Shown piece by piece: positions 56,951 through 64,000 of a stretch of 64,000 bases of DNA (position 1 is its first letter; every line of letters begins with the position of its first letter). The DNA comes from Patescibacteria group bacterium (GTDB taxonomy: Bacteria; Patescibacteriota; UBA1384; 2-12-FULL-50-11). The notes under the pieces were generated by a model that saw only the letters and a list, made by a program, of their open reading frames with translations, was not told the DNA's origin and did not search any database. The stretch covers positions 13,606-77,605 of the forward strand of contig JBBUAP010000001.1 of NCBI GenBank assembly GCA_038058635.1, given 5' to 3'. The translations under genes were made by a program, and so were the position numbers.

Positions 56951-58561
56951 ATGGCAACGAGGGTGATTGTCGTTACCGGCGGGGTATTATCCGGCCTTGG
57001 AAAAGGTATTATCGCTGCCTCCCTGGGCAATCGCCTCCAAGCCCGAGGATACTCCGTTTTCACTCAAAAATTTGACCCGTACCTCAACGTCGATGCCGGC
57101 ACCCTTAACCCCGGTGAGCACGGCGAATGTTTTGTGACTGTTGACGGCGCCGAAACCGATTTAGACCTCGGCCACTACGAACGCTTCTTGGATGTCGAAC
57201 TGTCACGCGATTCTTCAATTATGAGCGGCCAAATCTACCAAGCCGTGATCGAGAAAGAACGGCGCGGCGAATACTTAGGCAAAACTGTTCAAGTCATTCC
57301 TCACATTACTAACGAGATTAAAAGCCGCATCGATCAAACTTGTCGACAAACTAAGGTCGATTTTTTGATTATTGAAATTGGTGGCACGGTCGGTGACATT
57401 GAGGGTCGACATTTTCTGGAAGCCGTCCGCCAATACGCCATTGAGCATCCGCGTAAAGTTGCCTTTGTCCATCTGGCCTATCTGCCCTATTTACATACCT
57501 CCAAAGAAATTAAAACCAAACCAGTCCAGAACTCGCTCCGCGACTTACAGTCGCTCGGTATTCAACCGCAGCTAGTGTTCTGCCGAGCCGATTACCCAGT
57601 TGCCCTGGAACACTTGGAAAAAATTGCCATGTTTGCCGGTTTGCCCAAGAATGCCGTCATCACCATCCCGACCGTCGAAACCATTTACGAAGTACCGTTG
57701 TTGCTGGAAAAAGCTGGGGCCGATTGGTTACTGCTGAAATATTTCGGTTTGCGAAGTCCGCGTGAGCCAAAACCTCTCTGGCACGATTTAGTCAGACGCA
57801 TCAAGGCACCGAAAAAGCACGCTGTCCGCATTGCCATGGTCGGCAAGTATCTAACGATGAACGACACCTATTTTTCCGTTGTCGAAGCTTTAAAGGCTGC
57901 TTGCTGGGCTCACAATTGCGACCTCGTCCTAGACTTTGTTGATGCTGAAAAAATTGTTGTCTCTGGAACTCGTGCTTTGACTAAATACAACGGTATCTGT
58001 GTTCCTGGTGGTTTTGGCGGTCGGGGTGTCGAGGGGATAATTAAAGCGATTCAATGCGCTCGAGTCAAAAATATTCCTTATCTGGGCTTGTGTTACGGCT
58101 TGCAGTTGGCCGTCATCGAGTTTGCCCGTAACGCCTTGAAGCTTGGAGGTGCTCACACAACGGAGATTAACAAAAAAAGTCCGCACCCAGTGATCAGTAC
58201 TATGGCCGAGCAAGAAGCGATCCTCAAAGAAAGTAATTACGGCGGTAGTATGCGGCTGGGCTCGTACCCCTGCGAGCTCGCCAAAGGTAGTCTAGCTCAC
58301 CATCTATACAAACAACCTCTCGTTCACGAACGACATCGGCATCGCTATGAGTTCAATAACGGTTACCGAGATCAGTTTGAAAGGACGGGTACTTGGCGCT
58401 TTAGTGGTAGCTCTCCAGACGGCAAGCTAATTGAGATTATCGAGCTGATCGATCATCCGTTTTTCATCGCCTGCCAATTTCATCCGGAATTTGCCAGCCG
58501 TCCCCACCGACCGCATCCGCTATTTTTGGGCTTAGTGGCAGCAGCCCTAGCAATCCAGTAA
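56951..58561 (+). CDS. pyrG: CTP synthase
   Basis: N-terminal VVTGGVLSGLGKGI and a C-terminal GATase domain with GLCYGLQ. Confidence 0.95.
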   Translation: MATRVIVVTGGVLSGLGKGIIAASLGNRLQARGYSVFTQKFDPYLNVDAGTLNPGEHGECFVTVDGAETDLDLGHYERFLDVELSRDSSIMSGQIYQAVIEKERRGEYLGKTVQVIPHITNEIKSRIDQTCRQTKVDFLIIEIGGTVGDIEGRHFLEAVRQYAIEHPRKVAFVHLAYLPYLHTSKEIKTKPVQNSLRDLQSLGIQPQLVFCRADYPVALEHLEKIAMFAGLPKNAVITIPTVETIYEVPLLLEKAGADWLLLKYFGLRSPREPKPLWHDLVRRIKAPKKHAVRIAMVGKYLTMNDTYFSVVEALKAACWAHNCDLVLDFVDAEKIVVSGTRALTKYNGICVPGGFGGRGVEGIIKAIQCARVKNIPYLGLCYGLQLAVIEFARNALKLGGAHTTEINKKSPHPVISTMAEQEAILKESNYGGSMRLGSYPCELAKGSLAHHLYKQPLVHERHRHRYEFNNGYRDQFERTGTWRFSGSSPDGKLIEIIELIDHPFFIACQFHPEFASRPHRPHPLFLGLVAAALAIQ

Positions 58562-58574
58562 GTCGCTAGGGACA

Positions 58575-58607
58575 TTGTAGGGCCAGGCCCTACAGACTTT
58601 TACGGTG
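58575..58607 (+). terminator. hairpin plus T-run after pyrG
   Basis: gtagggcc-a-ggccctac followed by agacttttac. Confidence 0.45.
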
Positions 58608-60486
58608 TTGGTGGGTTGGTCGGTAGGAGCGACTCGTTCGTGCCGACTAAGAAACGGGCGGGCCAGACTTTGTAAACCGATTTAAAAACTTGCTTGTTGA
58701 TGACCTGGCCGGCTCTGGTAACGGTATAAGTGACAACGGCCGTGGCGCCGGCGTGGGGTTTCTCAATCTGTTTCTGCTCACCTTTGGGCAGGGTGTCGGT
58801 ATCGGCGTAAATCGGCTCGCCGGGTTGAATGATATTGGAGACGATCGGCGCGGTAATACTGGAAGTTCGACCGTCGCTGGTCCCCCAAAATTCGAACTGG
58901 ACTTTGCTACCAACCACTCGACCCTGAATCAGGATATAACCAGGGGTATCGTTGACAAATTTTAAGTCTGGTTTTGGAAAATATATCGTCGCGTCCAGCC
59001 CGACTGGCGGCTCGTAGTAACTAACGCGGTAGGAGTGATTTTTTCGTTCGGTGACCGGTAGTCCAGCGTTCATCATCGCTCGAAACAGCGTCGTCGACAC
59101 CTGACACAAACCGCCGCCAAACTCCGGCGTCGTTCGATTTTCTTTGATCACTAACTCCGGTAGATAGCCAGTTGTATTGTCGATAGCACCGAGCTTGGCG
59201 ATAGTTGAAAAAGTTTCACCCGGCTTGATTAGAGCGCTTTGTAAAATAGAAACGCCGTTAGTAATGTTGTGCCGGCGGTTGGCTGGTGAGCCGGCAAAGC
59301 TGGTTTCGCCGTAACCGATTCGCTCTTTGATGCCGAGCGTTGCCAGATTGGCTTCGTTGATGGTTGGGGTTTGGGTTTTCATAGTTAGTTCGATGGTTGG
59401 ATTGACATCGGTTCCCTCCAAGGCCCCTAAAATGGCCTCGGCCGAAACGGCTAGATCGACGACCGTACCGATCTTCGAAGCTTTGACGATTGCTAGCTGA
59501 CCATCTTTGATGACCAACTGCGGTTCGGCGGCCGGGGAGTCGGTTTGATCGCTAATGCCCGTCAAATAATTCTGGACTTTCTCGGCCGTAAACGCGACCG
59601 TTAAGAACTTGGGGCTGGCGCTTTCGGAAGTCTGACCTCCGCCCGCCGGCGGATATCCCACCAGTTGGCGGATCTCTTTTCGATTTAGTTTTTTATTGCC
59701 GGTAGCCCACTTCAGCGTCAGTTGGCGTACGGATAATAATTCTAGTTTGGCCGTTAGCTCGTCAACATTGCCCAAAACAATCGTTGGGGTGTCGAGCCTC
59801 TTCTCAATCGTGATCGTCCCGCCGGTAAAACTATTGAGGAAAGCCAGGGCTTGGTTGGTCACATTCGCCTCATCGACAACTTCACCAGACTTCTCTGTGG
59901 TCGTCACTAATTTATCACTGACTAACTCGGCCGAGGCATTGATGGCCGGATTGTTGATTTTGTCGGCAATCTGGCTGACTTTGGCCGCCAACAGGTCTTC
60001 ATCATAGTTACTGACTGGGTCTAGATGGGTTTTGATAAATGCTGAACGGAGCTGGTGGAAAAAACTAATTAATCGGCTGGTATCTTCGCGGCCGTAGCCG
60101 AATATTTGGTTGGCGGTTGTTTCCAGATCAACCTGCCAGTCGATATCTTTAGAACTAAACTCAAGCGTCTCTTCGCCTTGTCGGAGAATGATCTTCTGCT
60201 CGCCTTGAGCGATCGTTAATTTGGTTAGTTCACTAGTCAATTGCTCTCGAGTCATCCCCTGAAATTGGTTAGAACCAATCACAACATTCGGATAGACCCG
60301 ATCGAGATAGCGCAAGCTAAAGCCAAGATAGCCGAGCGCCAAAACAGCGACGACCGATAAAGTCCAAGCGCTGTATTTGATCGCCGGTTTGGTTGATCTG
60401 TACAGCCCAACTACCCGTCCCCAGACGGTTTTTTTCGTCTCTCCACCCATTATGGTTTGAAAGTAACGGTTTAGAGCTCTGCGCAC
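58600..60486 (-). CDS. VanW-family protein with an N-terminal membrane anchor
   Basis: FGGGLCQVSTTLFRAMMNAGLPVTERKNHSY (VanW core). 628 aa. Confidence 0.65.
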   Translation of the reverse strand: MRRALNRYFQTIMGGETKKTVWGRVVGLYRSTKPAIKYSAWTLSVVAVLALGYLGFSLRYLDRVYPNVVIGSNQFQGMTREQLTSELTKLTIAQGEQKIILRQGEETLEFSSKDIDWQVDLETTANQIFGYGREDTSRLISFFHQLRSAFIKTHLDPVSNYDEDLLAAKVSQIADKINNPAINASAELVSDKLVTTTEKSGEVVDEANVTNQALAFLNSFTGGTITIEKRLDTPTIVLGNVDELTAKLELLSVRQLTLKWATGNKKLNRKEIRQLVGYPPAGGGQTSESASPKFLTVAFTAEKVQNYLTGISDQTDSPAAEPQLVIKDGQLAIVKASKIGTVVDLAVSAEAILGALEGTDVNPTIELTMKTQTPTINEANLATLGIKERIGYGETSFAGSPANRRHNITNGVSILQSALIKPGETFSTIAKLGAIDNTTGYLPELVIKENRTTPEFGGGLCQVSTTLFRAMMNAGLPVTERKNHSYRVSYYEPPVGLDATIYFPKPDLKFVNDTPGYILIQGRVVGSKVQFEFWGTSDGRTSSITAPIVSNIIQPGEPIYADTDTLPKGEQKQIEKPHAGATAVVTYTVTRAGQVINKQVFKSVYKVWPARFLVGTNESLLPTNPPTP

Positions 60487-60491
60487 AAGAG

Positions 60492-62507
60492 CTACTTGAG
60501 AATCAAGGCGATTATCAGGATCGCCACGATGTTGACGATCTTAATCATCGGATTGATGGCGGGGCCGGCGGTGTCTTTGTACGGATCGCCGACGGTGTCG
60601 CCGGTGATTGAAGCTTTGTGAGCTTCCGAGCCCTTGCCACCGTGATGGCCTTCTTCGATATATTTCTTGGCGTTGTCCCAGGCGGCGCCGCCGTTAGTCA
60701 TGGAGAGAGCGACGAAGATACCGGTGACAATTGAGCCGATCAGTAAGCCACCCAAGGCGGCCGGACCGAGCAAGTAACCGACAGCGATTGGCACGACGAC
60801 CGGGATCAAAGCCGGGACAATCATTTCTTTGAGAGCGGCGGCGGTGACGATATCGACCGCTCGGGCGTAATCGGGCTTGACTTTACCCTCGAGAATTCCC
60901 CGGCGTTCGCTGAACTGGCGACGAACTTCGGTCACCACTGCGCCAGCGGCTCGGCCGACGGCTTCCATCGAGATAGCGCTAAAGATATACGGCAACATGC
61001 CGCCGATAAATAGGCCAACGATAACATACGGATCAGATAGATCAAAGGAGATTGTTTTACCTTGTGCGATTATTTCTTGGGTGTATGAGCCGAACAGTAC
61101 TAGTGCGGCCAATCCGGCTGAAGCGATAGCATAACCCTTAGTGACAGCTTTGGTGGTGTTGCCAACGGCATCGAGCTCATCAGTAACTTTGCGGACATTC
61201 TCTGGCAAGCCGCTCATTTCAGCAATCCCACCAGCGTTATCGGTGATGGGCCCAAAAGCGTCGATGGCGACAATCATACCGGTCAACGACAGCATCGAGA
61301 AAGCCGAAACAGCGACGCCGAACAGGCCGGCCAGCTTGAAGGCGACCAGTGAACCGATGGCAATTACTAGCACCGGCAACATCGTTGAGCGCATCGATAG
61401 AGCCAGGCCAGCAATAATATTAGTGCCGTGCCCAGTCTCTGATGCTTGAGCAACTTTTTTGACAGGAGAATATCGAGTCGAAGTGTAGTACTCGGTAATC
61501 AACATCATCGCGGCCGTAACAATTATGCCGATTATTGAAGTGGCGAAAATTTTGTTGATATCAAAATTGGTTGAAGATCCCAACAACCATTTGGTAACGG
61601 GGAAAAAGCCGGCGGCAGCTAGGACAGCGGTGACAATCAAGCCTTTATACATCGCCCCCATAATGTTTTCTTTTCGTCCGAGACGGACAAACCAACTACC
61701 GATGATTGAAGCGATAACGGAGACAGCACCAAGAGCGAGCGGGAAGAGAATGACATTTTGGTTGTCTTTGAAGATAATTGAGCCGAGCAGCATCGCCGAA
61801 ACAGCGGTAACGACATAGGTTTCGAACAGATCAGCGGCCATACCGGCACAGTCGCCAACATTGTCGCCGACATTGTCAGCAATAACGGCTGGGTTACGAG
61901 GATCGTCTTCAGGAATACCAGCCTCGAGTTTACCGACTAAATCGGCACCAACGTCAGCCGCTTTGGTAAAAATGCCGCCACCGAGCCGAGCAAAGATTGA
62001 AATCAGTGAACCCCCGAAGGCCAAACCGACCATGGCCGGAACATCTTTCGTCGCCCAGTAAAAGAGGGTGGTGCCGAGCAATCCTAGGCCAACAACCATT
62101 AGGCCAGTGACTGCTCCGCCACGAAAAGATAAAGACAGGGCTTTGGCTAGGCCAGTCTTGGCTGCTTCGGCTGTTCGAACATTAGCTCGAACCGAAACAT
62201 TCATTCCAATGTAGCCACAGAGGCCGGACAAAATTGCGCCGGTCAAGAAGCCAAGAGCAATAGTCCAGTTGAGTAAAAAGCCAAGTAGTGCAAAAACGAG
62301 AATAGCAACCACGGCAACAGTTCGGTACTGGCGGTTCAAGTAGGCTTTTGCGCCCTGCTGGATCGCTTCGGAAATTTCAATCATCTTGGCGTCGCCCTTG
62401 GGCTGTTTATTAATCCAGGTCACCAGCCATAAACTATAAAGCACGGTTAAAACGCCGGCTCCGGTTGCTCCATATAAAACTGTTTGCAATGTGGACATTC
62501 CTCTCAA
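60492..62507 (-). CDS. hppA: membrane-bound proton/sodium-translocating pyrophosphatase
   Basis: [18 protein letters not shown] and [14 protein letters not shown]. About 16 TM segments. Confidence 0.95.
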   Translation of the reverse strand: MRGMSTLQTVLYGATGAGVLTVLYSLWLVTWINKQPKGDAKMIEISEAIQQGAKAYLNRQYRTVAVVAILVFALLGFLLNWTIALGFLTGAILSGLCGYIGMNVSVRANVRTAEAAKTGLAKALSLSFRGGAVTGLMVVGLGLLGTTLFYWATKDVPAMVGLAFGGSLISIFARLGGGIFTKAADVGADLVGKLEAGIPEDDPRNPAVIADNVGDNVGDCAGMAADLFETYVVTAVSAMLLGSIIFKDNQNVILFPLALGAVSVIASIIGSWFVRLGRKENIMGAMYKGLIVTAVLAAAGFFPVTKWLLGSSTNFDINKIFATSIIGIIVTAAMMLITEYYTSTRYSPVKKVAQASETGHGTNIIAGLALSMRSTMLPVLVIAIGSLVAFKLAGLFGVAVSAFSMLSLTGMIVAIDAFGPITDNAGGIAEMSGLPENVRKVTDELDAVGNTTKAVTKGYAIASAGLAALVLFGSYTQEIIAQGKTISFDLSDPYVIVGLFIGGMLPYIFSAISMEAVGRAAGAVVTEVRRQFSERRGILEGKVKPDYARAVDIVTAAALKEMIVPALIPVVVPIAVGYLLGPAALGGLLIGSIVTGIFVALSMTNGGAAWDNAKKYIEEGHHGGKGSEAHKASITGDTVGDPYKDTAGPAINPMIKIVNIVAILIIALILK

Positions 62508-62678
62508 CTCCTTTCAGTAATTCTTAACAGGTCAAATATTAGCGGATGTTTGGGGTATAGGCAAGAGATTGAGGAAAGTGGGCTTGCCCCGCACCATCTG
62601 CTCCGGGCAAGAACAGGACGAAGTCCGTTTTGCCGGAAAGTTTGGTGCGTGGGTTTACTTTCGGGCGGTTTTGCCTTA

Positions 62679-63797
62679 ATGATTAATCTGATGCGCGCTA
62701 AAACTGCACCGGAAATTTACCTGACTATCGAAGATAAACAGCTCGGCATGACTGGCTTCTTGGTCGTTGAGAGCACAGCTGTTGGCCCAGGTAAGGGTGG
62801 GATGCGAATGACGGCCAATGTCACTCTCGAAGAAGTAGCGCGTTTAGCCGACACTATGACCTGGAAGAATAGTTTATTTGAGTTACCGTTTGGTGGCGCT
62901 AAGTCTGGAATTGTTTGGGAAGGTGGGGACGCGAAGAAGAAAGAACAATTTGTCCGCTCCTTTGCCCGTCAAATCAAAAAATATATCCCCAAACAGTATG
63001 TCGCTGGACCGGATGTAAACTCCGGGGAGGAAGAAATGGTGTGGATTGCTGACGAATTGAAACTCTGGGGCGCCTCCACCGGTAAACCGGCGAGTTTCTG
63101 CGAGACAAAGAATGGCAAGAAGTTCTGCGGCCTGCCGCACGAACTCGGCAGTACTGGTTACGGCGTCGCTGTCTCCGCCGGTGTCACCGCCAAACTACTT
63201 GAAATGGATCCGTCGCAAACTTCGGTTGGAATACATGGCTTCGGCAATGTTGGAACTTTTGCCGCCAAGCATCTCTTAGAAGCTGGCTTCAAGGTTGTGC
63301 TAATCGCTGGCTCTAAGGGAGGCCTTTATCGACCCAAGGGCTTTACCTTGGCAGAAATCGAGGCCGTCATCGCCCGGCGTCAGACCCTCTTCGACCTGCC
63401 GGGAAAGAAATTAACCGACGACCAATTCTGGTCCACACCCATTGACATCTTGATTCCGGCTTCGGTCACTAATGTCATTAACGAAACCAACTTTAAAACT
63501 ATCCAAGCCAAGCTGATCGTCGAGGGCGGCAACATTCCGATGACTGAAGATATCGAGCAACAGCTCCACCGTCACGGCAAGGTGATCGTCCCCGATTTCG
63601 TCGCTAATGGCGGCGGCATCATTTCTTCCTACGCCGAATTGCAAGGATTCAGTCCAGATCAGATGTTTACATTAGTAGAAGAAAAAATCACTCGGGCCAC
63701 GACCGAAGTAATGGAAAAAAGCATCTCCGCTAGCCATTACGCTCGCGATGTCGCCATCAAACTTGCCAAGACCAACCTAGCTAAGCTGTCGGCTTAA
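62679..63797 (+). CDS. Glu/Leu/Phe/Val dehydrogenase family (glutamate dehydrogenase-like)
   Basis: KGGMRMT and GGAKSGIVWEG (catalytic Lys region), with a Rossmann GFGNVG. Start at MINLMRAK inside ORF 62484..63797. Confidence 0.75.
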   Translation: MINLMRAKTAPEIYLTIEDKQLGMTGFLVVESTAVGPGKGGMRMTANVTLEEVARLADTMTWKNSLFELPFGGAKSGIVWEGGDAKKKEQFVRSFARQIKKYIPKQYVAGPDVNSGEEEMVWIADELKLWGASTGKPASFCETKNGKKFCGLPHELGSTGYGVAVSAGVTAKLLEMDPSQTSVGIHGFGNVGTFAAKHLLEAGFKVVLIAGSKGGLYRPKGFTLAEIEAVIARRQTLFDLPGKKLTDDQFWSTPIDILIPASVTNVINETNFKTIQAKLIVEGGNIPMTEDIEQQLHRHGKVIVPDFVANGGGIISSYAELQGFSPDQMFTLVEEKITRATTEVMEKSISASHYARDVAIKLAKTNLAKLSA

Positions 63798-64000
63798 GAG
63801 AGCCTTCTCCTGTCTCATCAACCTGTCTCAAAGCTAATCCCGCAAAAAGTAAGACTAGCCAGATTGCGGCCTGACCGGTGTAGTGGTTGATAAAAATTCC
63901 AGCCACTGCCAGCCCAAGTGTTGCGGCACCGATTACGATTGTCGTAATGGTTTTGGTACGCAGTAACGACCAAACGAGCGTGATCCAAAAACCCAAATAA
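63781..64000 (-). CDS. membrane protein fragment (3' part; truncated by the window end)
   Basis: Hydrophobic ORF running off the window. Confidence 0.25.
   Translation of the reverse strand, partial: YLGFWITLVWSLLRTKTITTIVIGAATLGLAVAGIFINHYTGQAAIWLVLLFAGLALRQVDETGEGSLKPTA

Overview
This 64 kb window is bacterial and compact, with most genes on the minus strand. Gene content is consistent with a small-genome, Patescibacteria/CPR-like organism; this is inference and was not checked against any database.

Core housekeeping genes I recognise:
- Aminoacyl-tRNA synthetases: a eukaryote-type ileS, plus hisS, gltX and trpS.
- Replication, nucleotide and carbohydrate metabolism: dnaE, pyrG, ndk and pgm.
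- Chaperones: groES-groEL with a consensus promoter and a 5'UTR inverted repeat.
- Ribosomal and translation genes: rpsF-ssb-rpsR-efp, rplS and rpmA.
- Others: H+-pyrophosphatase, a Glu/Leu/Phe/Val dehydrogenase, an M16 peptidase, a P-type ATPase with a single-domain response regulator, a sigma-70 factor, acpP, a TrmB-like regulator divergent from a standalone YcaO, and Xer-type recombinase.

Four less ordinary regions:
1. A type IV pilus-like operon spans 34.8 to 45.8 kb. It holds pilC, four prepilin-like genes and a 1720-aa surface protein. Two of the prepilin-like genes begin with tandem heptanucleotide repeats, which makes them candidate phase-variable loci.
2. A tRNA-Glu locus carries an exact 40-nt copy of its own 3' half and an orphan tRNA 3' fragment. 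It also carries a decayed copy of the response-regulator 3' end. Beside it lies a GC-rich three-gene island (SPFH-like, NAD-kinase-like, NUDIX) with its own consensus promoter.
3. At a second tRNA locus (tRNA-Gln), an AT-rich freestanding LAGLIDADG homing endonuclease gene sits between gltX and the tRNA. A GC-rich plus-strand gene with its own promoter and terminator lies just beyond the tRNA.
4. A patch of small unknown genes at 46.5 to 50.1 kb is punctuated four times by a perfectly conserved 16-nt motif.

Other unexplained structure: a Phd/YefM antitoxin-like domain fused to a 430-aa proline-rich repeat protein, several dispersed short motifs, and structured intergenic elements. No CRISPR array and no rRNA genes were seen.
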